DNA of 64,000 nt from contig OZ076413.1 in NCBI GenBank assembly GCA_964187785.1, positions 49,168,001 to 49,232,000 of the forward strand. Reading direction: 5' to 3'. The notes under the pieces were generated by a model that saw nothing but the letters and a program-made list of their open reading frames with translations, was not told where the DNA came from and did not search any database. A program made the position numbers and the translations under genes. Positions 1 to 12,712 of this stretch are shown here, in pieces. Every line of letters starts with the position of its first letter. The stretch's first letter is position 1. The DNA is from Amphiscolops sp. MND2022. Its lineage: Eukaryota.

Positions 1-1
1 T

Positions 2-1030
2 CTACCAGACGACCAGAATTGGCAAGCTATCCTGCATCTCGACATCAAGAAGGCTACTGCTCTCACAGTTACTGAGTTTATCTCAAGGATTAAGCTAGGA
101 TCTAGACTGCGGGTCGCTTGTAGAACTATTGCTGAAAGAGACATGCGTGACAAGCAGAATCAAGGCCTGCCATAAGATGCTCTGGCTAACAAAAACAAGG
201 ACGACTTTGGGAGATCTGCCCGGACTTACATTTCACATTTATTTGGTACAGTGCAAAACCAAAAACCTCTCACAACGGATCTGATGAAAGGTCTTGGAAG
301 CTTTGATTTGAATACCTTACTACATGACCCTCTTTCTCATGTCGACTATTGTTTTACTCAGTTATTCACTAGTTTCCGGCTACGAGGATATTTTTCTTCT
401 GATCAAGAGGTCGAGTGCCACGAGGAATACAGGTCATTTGTCGACGAGCTCCGGCGCAAGTATCCTGAATTGCATCAGCCAGTCCTCTTCGTTCTGGATA
501 CCGTTAGTTCCCTCATTGAGCAGGCTTTCCTCCATAGCCGACCATCGCTACACAAGCTTTTCCGTTTGGCTAGCTTGTGCCTAGATGAGCCTTCTCAGAC
601 TCTTCCTCCTGTTAAGTCTGGCTCAGTGGATTCTGATAATCCAACGAGTGGCTTTGTGGATGTGGTGTTACCCGTTCAATCCTACTTTCATAACGTGACT
701 AATGGTATGGACTCTGTTAGTTCCGATGATTCTATTGCTGCTTTCCTCCGACTCGGGCCTACTTTCGTTGGGATTGGAACTTCTGATGTATATAGTCCTT
801 GGGACAGTGTGGATTTCTTTGGACGCGTTGGAATTTTAGAGCAGTTGGATCCTGGTAGAGCATACAATGGCAGTCAAGCTTTAGTATCAACTTCTAAACC
901 TGCCGTTGTCAGCAAGCCAGACAGGTCCAAGACGTCTGGTCCTGCTAAGAAGATGAGTCTTTTGCTTGATAGAAAGGAGTTGTCACCGAGTGCTAAGAAG
1001 TTGTTGTCCGCCAGTTGTTCTAAATTTTAA
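2..1030 (+). pseudogene. Uncharacterised ORF, 5'-partial, convergent with Gypsy pol
   Basis: The frame of ORF 251..1030 stays open back to base 2 except for one TAA at 173-175 (LPDDQNWQAILHLDIKK...GLP*DALANK...). It ends about 310 bp from the end of the Gypsy integrase tail. Confidence 0.5.
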
Positions 1031-1340
1031 TTGTACACATGTACAATTGTTTGTAGACTGTATATTTGTTCAGTTTTCCAATATACTTTTATTTATGTCG
1101 GTTAGATTGTTTATTTGTATTGTTGGTCTTTAGATTGTGTCACTTTTGACACTGAATCTTGTTCTGTCTGCAAGTCGGACTAAGCCCCATGAAAATGTTA
1201 TTTATTGGCTAAGAAACTACGGGGCAATGAATTCAACTTTTCTGTTTAGTATCTGTATTCATCAGTGAAGTTGGGGGTAGGATTAGGGCGTAAATTGTAT
1301 TTTCCTCCCCTGGGACTTTCATTTTCTACAATTGAATCAT

Positions 1341-4300
1341 CTATTTCTTATCTGACAAATCGGGCACGATTATATCCTTCTTACTAGGATTTGAAAAATC
1401 AGGTTTTCCCGCCTCTGAGGTGCCCTCTGAGGTGGTTGTATCAGTTTCTAAATCATTATTTGATTGCTGTCCATTTGACTCAAGGTCGGTGTCGGACAAA
1501 ATTTCAGTCGACTTCTCAGGCAGTTGCTCAGACTCGTCTGAGTTAGTATCGTGTTGCAGTCTAGTGGACCGAAGGTCCAATTCGTCGAGTTCATCTGTGC
1601 GCTGCTCAGTAGCTGCGTCATCAGTATTTTGGTCGTGTCTCGTGGACCGAAGGTCTAAATCGGTAATTATGGCGTCCCGCTGATCAGAATTCATTGAAGG
1701 ATCGTCGGAAGCATTTTTGATTTCGGAGTTCGGTGGGAAATCGTCAAATTCAGTCTCCCAAGAAATAATGTAAAGATCATCCTGTGGTATGATAATTTCA
1801 TCGTCGGCGTGTAAGTTTCGCTCTGGACGGACATCACGTATGTCTGTGTTTGGAGTATATTTTCGCAATCTAATACGGTGTAAGATTTGTGTTTTGTTAG
1901 AGTTGAGTTTTCTGACGATGTAGTTTTCATTTGGCAAAACTTTTTTGATGATGTAGTGTCCAGTCCACTGGAATTCTCAAAACGGGATTTTTGATCCTTG
2001 GTGGTCCGCCAGTGGCTGTAGTATAAAGCAGTAATTGCCCTGTTGTAATGGAGCTGCTTTTGTTTTGCGGTCATAATATTCTTTATATTTCAAATACGAT
2101 TGCATAATGTTTTTCCTTGTTCTGTCTATGAGAATTTGAGTACGTCTTTGTAATTCTTCGGCAAAATCTGTTGTAAGTTGGATCTACGGGTTTGGATTTA
2201 GTCCTAACCGATGGTCTAAGATATTAGAATTAGATGGTATTCTTCCATGAAAAATCCTGGAAGGTTCGCATCCGATGCTTGAATGATAGGTGGTATTGTA
2301 ATTGAGGACGGCCAATGGTAGGTACTTGTGCCATTGGCGCCGATATTCGCCCGAAGCCATCTTGAGGTTACACTTGAGGCTGGCATGAGTTCTCTCTAAT
2401 TTACCTATCGTCTGCGGATGTTTCGTTGTTGCACATTTGATCTGAATTCCCAATATTTTTGCAACCTCGTCGACTAGACGTGATGTAAATGCCGTGCCTT
2501 TGTCAGTAATTAGGGTCGTCGGAAGGTAGGCTTGTCTCGTCATGATGTCGATACTTACTTTTGCGGTACTAGAGGCTGATGCGTCGGCGACTGGATAGGC
2601 AATTAAGTATCTGGAGAATACGTCAAGTGCAGTAATGATAATTTCATATCCTCCACTCGGGGGAAGATTAGGTAAAAGATCAATCTGTAAGGCGTCCTCA
2701 GGACCAAGATCCCATTCGGGTAAATTGAGTAATTCCGGCGTTATTGATGGATTTGTGGTTCTTTTGTCTTTTATGCATGTTTGGCATCCTAGGACCCATG
2801 TTTTGACAATTTTTGCAATTCCAGGATAGTAGTATTTTTGGCGGATTTCGTAGAGCATCTTGGAAATTCCCGGATGTTTGTTCGCCAATCCGTGTAGTGA
2901 TTGGAGTAATTCATACACTAGGTGTTTGGGTAAAAGTGCCTGTCGGTATTGTACGTTGCCTGTTTCGTCATAGTAATCTCGAATGACGATGTCGTCCTGT
3001 ACGGACAGACGGTCGATTTGACTGCAGTAATGTCGGTAACGTGGATTCTGTTGTAGAATCGTCTCCGAGTAGTCTTTTTTCTGTAGTTTGAGGCGTAGTT
3101 GGTGTAAGATTACGTCGTTTTGCTGTTCAATAGCCAAGGTGGTTCTGTTTAAAAGTCTTTGTGATGTTGTCTGTTGGGAAGAAATGCCTTGGTGTACACT
3201 GAGTTTCTCAAAGGAAATATCAGGTACTTGGTTCGTCGGATGGGACCTAGCGTCCTTTTTCCGTTGCCATATTTGCTCTTCAGTTTCCTCATCTTCGTCT
3301 GTAAAGAATGTCTGGTCTTCTTCGATTACTCCAGCCGACTGGACGTTGAGTTTGATAGGCGTCGTCGAAATATCCTCCCGTATACGGAGTATGAGTTTCT
3401 CTTTAGGGCAGATTTCTAAGCGTGACAAATAGTCGGCTGGGGTGTTGTTTTTGCCTGGTATATGGGCAATTGTGAAATTGAACTGGATAACGTAGTCACA
3501 CGCGTTCCACAAAGTTGGCGGAATGATTTTAGTTTGAAAAAAGCGAGTAACGGATTTGTTGTCTGTTAGTATAATCACCGGTTTCGGGGTCCCCCAAAAG
3601 ATGTGTCCAAACTCTTTAAAGGTAAAGAATATCGCTAGGAATTCTTTTGCATAGATGGACATTTTCAGTTGGGCGGGACTAAAGGTCTTGGATCCATATG
3701 CTACTGGTGCAAACGCTTTTCGCGTTGACCTATATTTCTCCATTGGATCGTCCTCGATGAGAACTGCATAACCTGCAGCCGAAAAACTAGCATCAGTCAA
3801 TAATGCTATTTGTTTATTGGGCAAAGGTTGTTTGAGTGCAAGTTCGCAACATCGGTCAAGAGCTTTGTTGATATCGGTGAATTGTTCTAACAGATCAGGC
3901 GTGACTCTGACCTTAGCATCATTTTTCAGTAGTTTGGAAAAGGGTGTCAGTTTTTCTGAAAGCCTTGGAATGTAGTTACGGTAGTAGTTCAGAAAGCCCA
4001 AGTATCTTTGGAATGCTTTTTTGGACTTTGGGAATTTCGTTTTCTCTAGGAAGTTTTGGACCCTGGGTTGTTGCGGCCGCACTCCTTCAGGAGTGATAGT
4101 GCGTCCCAGGAAGTCAATTTCTTTGGCACCAAAGTGGCATTTATGCATCGTTAGTTTGAGACCTGCAGTCCTAATGCACTCAAAAGTTGCCCGAAGGTTG
4201 TTAATACGTTGCGTAGCGTTGTTGGCAGCAATCCCAATATCATCAACATACTGAGCGCATTGGTCCGCTTTGATCACTTTGTCCAAATATTCACGCATAA

Positions 4301-6437
4301 AGCTCGAGAAGGCTGACAGGGCCCTACTCAGACCTTGCGCTAGTCTGCGATAGGCAAAGGTTCTGCTGGCGAAGTTGAAGGCCAGCATCTCAATTGACCT
4401 CTGGTCAGCCATCTGGAGGCAGTGATATGCCTGAAAACAGTCTAGTTTGCAGAATAATCGTTTGCCTGCCATGTGTTGCGCGGCATCTGTTAGCGTACTG
4501 ACTGGATGGTTATTGTTGATGTACTCGTCATAAATCAAGTTGTTGATCTTTCGGAGGTCGACCAAGAGTCTTAGTTTGCCATTAGGTTTTTTCTGGGCAA
4601 AGATAGGACTTGCGTATTTGGAAAACGGGAGTGTTGTTATAATCCCATGTCGGTGTAGTAGTGCTAATTCAACAAGGATGTCTTCTTTGAGGTTAATTGG
4701 TGTGGGCAAGCTCTGACTATAGGCGGGGGAGTCATCTTTAGGAGTCAGTTTGATCTTGAAATCCTCATTCATGCCAATATCGAAGCGGTGTTGAGCAAAA
4801 ATGTCGTGAAATTCAACCAGGAGTTCTTCAATTTGGGCAATTTCTATTGGGTTCAGCGTCGAGTCTGCCTAATCAAAGTTGGCGAGAAACTGTTTTCTGG
4901 ACTCCAGGTCTTCTTGAGGGTTAAGTTTCTCTAATTTCTGTAGGTTTTGTAATTCTTTCAGAATCCGTTGTTGTATTGGTGTATGTGCTTGAAGGTCTCC
5001 GGGGACTTCCGGAGTAGGGAACCAATAGTGTTCGCTATTATCGTCAGTTTTCGGAGATTTGATGAGACTGCTGGCATAGTAGGCGGCATTCTCGGGATTG
5101 TCTTGTAAAAGGTGCCATGTGGTCACTGGGTCAATGGGTTTGACGTATTTCATCTGTTCTGGCGTGAGGACAGAGAAATTAGCGATGTGTGAACCTCTTT
5201 TGATGGCGTGTGATTGGTCAGTGAAGTTGTTCACGTGGATCGTAAACTGACCTTGAGTCAAAGTGACAAAAGCAGCGCAGAATGTTATATCTCCATCATC
5301 TGCAAGGTCATTGCTCGGTTGAAGAATTCCAGTGACATTCGCGTCATCATATAGTTGAGAATACATGGAGACCATGTGTCTATCATTGGGGGGAATTGTT
5401 ATGTCCTCCCGTGCGCAGATAGGTTCCATGACGTTGGTGTACTTGTGGTCCGCTGTTTTCAATTGCATGGAGAAGAATGGGAAATTTAGGATTCCCTGTC
5501 GCATGTCTAATATAGTATTGTTCCTCTGGAGGAACGAAAGACCAATTAGTGGACTTGTATGTTTTTCCATAACTATGAAGATCTCATAGAAATCGATGTC
5601 CCCGACCTCAAATTTGAGTTCAACAGTACTTTTTGAAGTCTCCAGCTGTCCGTTAGCTACCATTATCTGGAAGTTGGGAGCTGGGCCCTCTTTAATTACT
5701 GACCGAGGGGCTAATAATCGGATTTTACGTAGATCAGCTTCTGGGATTGCGCTAGATAGGGCTCCCGTGTCTACAAGGCCATCCAATGTTAGTTCGCCAA
5801 AATCCATTGGAAAGTAGAGTATGCGTCTCTTGTATTTTAGTCCGAGGTTGGTAGTCAACGGGACGTAGTCGGGTTCACCGTGTCGTGAGATTAGCGTGTT
5901 CACAAACCGTTCTTCCACCGTTGCAGCTAGCGTGACCACAGGTCCGTCTGGAGCGGTCTCCTTCATTGTTTCATCCTGGGTAGCCATACTAGTGGCGGAG
6001 CATTTTCTCTGCCATGGGTCGACAAGAGCCTTGGTCAGAGCCTCGTTGAGATTTTGGTCGGTTTCATATGAGTCAGATTCTATTTCCGTAAAATTTTTGT
6101 GGAAATTGTTATAGAAATCGAGATGATGTTGATTGTAGATCTGAATGTCCCAATAGGGGTCAAAACCAAAATCTGGGTCTAGAAAATAGGGATTGTAGTT
6201 ATCAATGAGAGGGAGAGGGCGAATAGTGTTAGTATTGCAATGCTGTCGGTCGGACTGGTAGTCCAAGTCGTGGAATTTGGTTGGAGTGTTTTTCACCTGC
6301 TGCTGCCAGTCAGCTGATGAAGTTTCTTTAAGTGATGAATAATATTCAGTGTAATAAATAATAGAGGGGTCAGAAATTATATATTGTCTGATTCGTAGTT
6401 TTTCATTAAAGCAGAGTCGTGGCAAATCTAGTTTTTT
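1341..6437 (-). pseudogene. pol: Gypsy pol (aspartic protease, RT, RNase H, integrase)
   Basis: LVDTGA protease; YVDD RT; LTDAS RNase H; H..H/C..C zinc finger and D,D,E integrase (QIDLL, ITDKG, KLERTH). In-frame TAG stops at 4869 and 2184, with frameshifts further downstream. Confidence 0.95.
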
Positions 6438-8229
6438 GAGTTTTTGAGAATGGAGGTGGTGGGTTTAGTATTGCTGGAGTCATCTTGACTCTTGGTAGTT
6501 TTCTCTGTTTTGGAATTGTCCAATTTGAGGTTTTTGGGCTTGAGGTGAGCTCCAGCGCCTTTCCAACATCGTTCCCCGGGTGATTTGTTTTGTCGCAAGT
6601 TGGACATTCTGGATATTTTTTCTTGGTATTCTGCCCTTCATTGCGGCGTTGTTCCTCCTTTCTTTTGAGTTTGCGGCAGTCATCTTTGACATGCCCAGGT
6701 TTTTTGCAATAATTGCAAGTAATATTTGGGTCAATGCCGGATGAGAGGAGGCCAGTACCCGGTCGTGTTGCTGTCGGGGCTGTGGACATTGTGGGGACGT
6801 GAATGTCGTCGCCTTCCTCAAGTCCATTCAACTCCAATTCTCGTTCAAGGTGTGTGACAATCTCTGCGTAGGTAGCGTTTTCAAGCCGTGCCATGTTAAC
6901 TGAACGTTTCAGTTTGGGCGGCAATTTAGCATAAAGCAGTCTGTCAATCATCGCCTGAGCATGTTCTCCAAAGGCTTTTTCAGCACCTTGGTTAAGCTCT
7001 TCAAGAAAATCAGGTAATTTCATAGTATTCGGGTCAAATACCAGTTTATGCCATTTGTGTTTTGCAGTTGCCTGGGACTCAGATTTGACATATTTCCTAC
7101 GGAAGACTGCTAGTATATCTTCAAAGGTTTGTCTATTGGCAGAGTTGATGTTACGAAAGGTCTGTAGCGCATTTTTGCGCAACAGCGAATGAAAATGATT
7201 GATTTTCATTGTTTCCGTCATGTCCGGTTGCATCTTTATCATCGTGTGAAAAAGATCTTCGAACAGTTCAAACTTTTCAGATTTACCATCAAATGTTAAT
7301 GTGGTCGTATTGACTGGTCGTACCATCAGTGTCTGGGCTGACGGTTTGTTATTCATTCCCATAATAACATCTGCAAGTCTGTTGATGGGATCTATTAGTG
7401 CTTCAAAGGGCACGTCCCTGTTGTTAGTAGGGACTGGTGGTATTTGTGCAGGGATGGTGGTATCAAGCGTGTCATCGTTGACACACTGTTGATGGGGAGT
7501 TTTAGTTTGGGATTGCATGGGCCGTCCGGTCAGAAATTCAGGGACCATTTGAGGGGTAAGGTTGGCTCCGGTCACCATGTCATAACCGTACTCATCGTCA
7601 CATTCTTGAGAATCACCTGAATTTTCTCTACGATGGTTTGTTTAGTTGTTTTTGATCGATATTAACCTCGGAAACTCGTTCTGAGCATCCTGGTACGATT
7701 TATTGATATTTTCTGGATGCAGTCTATTTGACCGAAGGTCCTTCTGAGAATTTTCTGGGGCTGCAGTATCTTGATGCAGTCCGTCTGACCGAAGGTCCAA
7801 GTTTGTATTTTTCGCTGAATTCTGTCTCCTAACAGCATTTTTGATGCTAGGCAGCACCCTAGTGTCAATTGCAGTGTTTATAACGTCCAATATCTGAGAT
7901 TTCAGGCTAGTTTGCATTTCTTGAAATTTCCTCCACATCTGTGATGAAATTTCAGAGCTAATAGCTCTACTAGTTTCAAGGGTCAAACAACTGTTTTCGC
8001 TTGAATGGTTATTCAAGAAGGTTTGATAGTCATCTACATTTTGATCCCGGCCTTCCCGTTCATTAGAGCTTTGGTCTAATGTATTTTCGTTATTCTCACT
8101 TCGAAATTCATTATTTTCTCTCTGATAACTTCCTAGCATTACATCTAGATTTTCTATATCAGACATTACGTCGGACTTTCTAGAGCGTTTCTCTCTTGCT
8201 TTCTGCTTTCTAGTTGGAGGCATTTTCAA
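6428..8229 (-). pseudogene. gag: Gypsy gag with CCHC zinc knuckles
   Basis: ORFs 7642..8229 and 6406..7578 share a frame, separated by one TAA. CNYCKKPGHVKDDC knuckle present. The second knuckle (CPTCDKTNHP) is frameshifted, and the native end ...ILKNSKN* is at TAG 6428-6430. Confidence 0.85.
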
Positions 8230-9779
8230 GAAATGGATTTAATTTCAACAGTGAATTAATCAACAGTATCAAATTGAACAGTTTTGTATCGTAGCGTTCT
8301 CAATCAATGAATGACTTTTCTTTATTACAAATTCCGCGTATATATAGTTTATACTGCATGACACGCAACATTTCGCGCGTCAGGAACTAAATTTCTGAAA
8401 ACGCCTAATAAAGGTAACGAAACTTCAAGTAATTCACAGGTGAATGTTCAGGGGGAATTAGATGATAATACCTCAGAAAATCAATTAGCCGAGCCCAGCC
8501 AAACTAGCAATGAAATCATGTTGGATACCATGTTGAGGGAAATTAGGTCTATCAAAAGTCTGTCAACAATCACAAATCCACAACCACCAAAATGAGGACT
8601 CCGTTTAGGAGGATTATCACACCTGATCTATTAAAAATATGAAGTACGAAGACATATCATGGATTTTTCAGCACTGAGTGATTTTTTGCAAACTGAATTA
8701 TGCAGGTTTTCTGTTTTGTATTTCCATTTCCTTGTGGAACTAAAAAATCTTTGTTCCAGCACGGGATTCGAAATTTTTGCTCCAAGTTTTCCGCCAATAG
8801 ATACTAGAATCGTATGAAATGGTTTCCAACTTGGCTTGGTGGGTAAGGACCATATTTGAAAGACCTGGTGGCCAGGACTGATAAACAAGAGTCAGAGGAT
8901 TCGAGTCCGGCACTCAGCTGAACTTTTTCTGAAGCATACGGAAGTAGAGAAAGGTTCGCCACTCGAGGTTTTCTCGGCACTGTGGCTTTTTTTATGATCT
9001 TTCCATTAGCCGAAACTTCTTTCAATGTTCCGCAGAAAGAAAGCGTTTGGTGAGCATAGAGGTCCCTTTCTTGTATTTGTGCACTGTCTGAATTAACGAA
9101 GCAATTTTCAAAAACCGTTTGTCTAGTCTTAAGTGTGGTCTTTTTGCTTAAGGGTAACCAATGTGGTAATAATGGAATTTTGTCATTAACTGAGGAAGAC
9201 TTTTTTTAACTGCGAATTTTCTTGATTTTTTCACTAGTGGCTCGGTGTCTCGTTAAAAAACTTTTTCCAGTTGTTACACGAGTTTTTTGAGTTTCTGGCT
9301 GATTTTGGCACTGTGCGACTCTCTTACCACAAAAACTTTTTGGAAAGAACGCAAATTCGAGTTTTTGTGATGTTTTCTATCAAGAAAAGCTCATTTGAAA
9401 GCTCCTTTTTCGAACAACAGTATTCTTGATTTTCAGCACTTTGCTTCTTGATTATGGAATACATTGCGCCGTATAACTTTCAGCTAGTATGCTGATTTAG
9501 AAAAAGGTTGTCTTTGGATTTGACATCTGATAGATCTCTTCCGAGGTGGTCATATACTCTAGACAATCTCGAAAATGGCTTGTTTCTATCAGAAAACGAC
9601 AGCCATCGTTTACTTGATTTCATTGTTTTCCGAAGACAGAATTATGGTGTTTAACAGAAAATTTAGGATTTTTTTTGACTTCCGTTTGTGAACGAACTAG
9701 TTTCCGGAAATTTTTCCACCCGCATTGACTTAATATGCGATTATTCCTCTTTCATTCTAGACCAAAGAAATCTTCCCAA

Positions 9780-10700
9780 TATGAAAACTCGGAGAACAAA
9801 TCCATTCTCTGAAGAGGAGTTTAGAAAAATCATACAAGACTTCCATCGAAAAAAAACAGCAATGAAAAAAAGACAAGGTACAAACACTCAAAAACTCGAG
9901 TTTTCTAAGACCTGCAATTGAAATTCACTCACGAAAAAATCAATGACGATAGTCCCCTCTTACGTAAGTTATCAGTACAAAATGAGGTCCGATTTGAGAT
10001 AGACTTCAACCGCCAAACTGAAGAATCTCAGCGAAAATCGTCGAAAAAATCCAATGTTTTGCCCATGACAATCATTCGAACCCTCAGAAAACTGTACATC
10101 AAGTACCGCAAGAGAGCGCCACATCCTGATGCCCCATATATTCAATTCCGACGCATCAAAAATTTGGCCAAAAACAAAATTTCTAAACACACTCAAAAAC
10201 ACTGGTAATGAGTGAAGAGAGTGGAACTCTTTCTGGATGCAAAATGCCTTCAAACGCGCAATTTTATTCATCAAATGTCGAAACACCTCGGAAAATCAAA
10301 GACTACCCTACCACCAAATTTGAGTCAAAAGTAATGAAGTGGTGCCCAGTTTCGTTTCCAACAACGGTGTGAGTTGTGTTTACGTGGCAGACAAAGGAGA
10401 AACGATGAACAAAGAACGCTACCAATCTATTCTCATATCTCATCTCTTACCGTTTGTCGACACACAGTGTGGCGGTCGTGAAAACTGTATTTTCCCTCCA
10501 AACTGTCTCCAGCTGAGACCTATTGAACATTTCTTGGGCTATTCTTAAACAATTGGTATACCAAAACTTTTCAAGCAACTTCGAGATGATCTGTTCCAAA
10601 GAATCAAACATTGTGTCAAGATGGTAGATCTTGAGTTCATCAAAAAGATGAATAAAGTACCCCAAAAGATACACGAAAAAATCAACGGTCTTTAATTGAT
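9780..10700 (+). mobile_element. Degenerate Tc1/mariner (IS630-like) transposase remnant
   Basis: Fragments SQKVMKW / VSNNG / MNKERYQSILISHLLPF / PPNCLQLRPIEHF resemble Tc1 VMVW, MN..Y..IL and WPPNSPDLNPIE motifs; many stops and frameshifts. Confidence 0.6.
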
Positions 10701-12712
10701 TCCCAACCTTGGTCCTACGTCTTTTTGTTATAACTTTGTCTTGAGTTGACAATTTATCGCTTTTTTGATACATTTTTTCCTAATTTTGCTGTTACACACC
10801 ATACAAAGGGGTGCAAAGAACTGAATAAATTGTTTTATGCAACGCGGTGTAATTTTCAAAAATTGATGTAATTAATTGGTTTTTGATTTATTGACCAATG
10901 AAGTTAATTCAGCATTTTTCCACTTTTCGCCCACTCGTCATTTAACCTAGTCCATGCCGGGTATTCCAGACCAGGCTTTTTAGTGTTTCGGACTGAAAAT
11001 GTGCGGAAAAGACCATGTTGTAATAGGAAAATTAGAAAGTTTATGCAATCTCAAAAAGTTCAATTGTGACATCAACTGTATCGAAAATTCTTTGAGACCG
11101 TTTTCTACATTCGTGTCGTCGATCTTGATGTTACATATTTGTAGGGCGCATACCCGAAGAGCAATTACGCTGTTTGCGTCCGCATTGTGTGTTTTATAGT
11201 ATTTCGAATTGATTGTTCATATACTCTGTACATACATACGAGATGAACTTAAAATGTTTCGATTCATTCATTTTGTTTTATACAATTAACTAACCGTAGT
11301 GGTGTTTGTCAATGCCAGCAGTACTTTTTGGTGTTGTATTTTTTCGGTAATTTCGAAAATGAGACCAAAATCCCAGTCTATAATTTTTCTAGTTCAGCGA
11401 TTTCTTAAATTACAATCTGTTCAACTCGTTCATCATTTTTCTAGTAAGTATAATTGAGTTCAATTTGAACTTGGCCGTTTTCAAGATGATAGGGATTTTG
11501 CCACAAGCTGGATTTTATCATTTCTCGGCTCCGTAGGATGTTGTTGACGGCCTTTTCGAAGATGAAATATCAAGCAACAGGCTACCTCAAATTTTAATTC
11601 ATCAGCTTTTCTGTACCAATTGAGAAAAAAAGTGTCTTGAAAAGTCCATTCAAATCATTCTACGGACAATTTTCAGGCAAGGCGATACACAAAGATACTG
11701 TTGTTTTGACATAACTATCTCATGGACATGGTGCAACAATTGAATGTCAAAATTTTTGTCAACTGTAATTTTTTTTTCGTTCTCAAAATGCTTGCTTCAT
11801 TCCTACATCTTGCGCTGCATTGAGTTTCAATTTGTTTGAACATGGTTGATTCCCCAAAAACCAATTCTCGAAAGTTGGTATTTAACATTTCTGTGATTCC
11901 ATTGGGATATATGAGAAACCATTAGCTTCTGTATATACTTGGGCTGGATCAATTTTGACACCGCTGATCAGCGATTGAGCAGCAGCGCAGAATTTTTCAG
12001 CGATTTTATTAACGATTCAAATTAGCGGCTACAAATAGATCGTCCAAATTCAAAGTGAATTTCGAAAATTCCAACTTTTACCCTTGCAAAACCCACACAG
12101 TATAAAAAATTCATTTTCTCGCAAAATTTATCATTTAATTTTAAAACATACTAGAAGTCAAACGTTTAATAGTTTGAAAAAAAAGTATTCCAGCGAAATA
12201 GCGATTTTGAAATAAGCAGTTTAGCGAAAAAAATCGACAATGTCAAAACCTGGACTGGAGCGTCTAAGCTTGAACATTATCCATTTAACAGAAGCCACAG
12301 AAAAATCAAATTATTTAAATGTTAAATTTATGGGTGAAAATAAATTTCGCAGTTAGTTATTATAAAGTGAATCTGAAACTTCGATGGATAAATCAAACTA
12401 CAAAGATCTAATCAACAAATAGACATTTATCAATTTCATTTCGCGAGATTCGAGATAGTTTGGTATGCTCAGACAAGACAACCAATTAAAACTATTTGCA
12501 GTTTCGACGATTCTGTAAGTTAGAGACGCAACATTATCAAGACGGACAAAGAAAAATTATAGTTAATTATAATCCAAGATAGCATCCGACAGCCAATTTG
12601 ACAATTCAAAGTTGCTCTCGGGAAGAGGGTGGGAATACTTCGAACCAATGTAGAGAACAATGCATTTGGGATCAATGCCAAAATTATTGACTCATTGAGA
12701 GCTTGGACTCTT

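Larger units (their letters stand above)
1240..8400 (-). mobile_element. Ty3/Gypsy LTR retrotransposon, internal region, decayed; LTRs not delimited in window
   Basis: Domain order gag-PR-RT-RH-IN with several in-frame stops and frameshifts. Confidence 0.95.
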
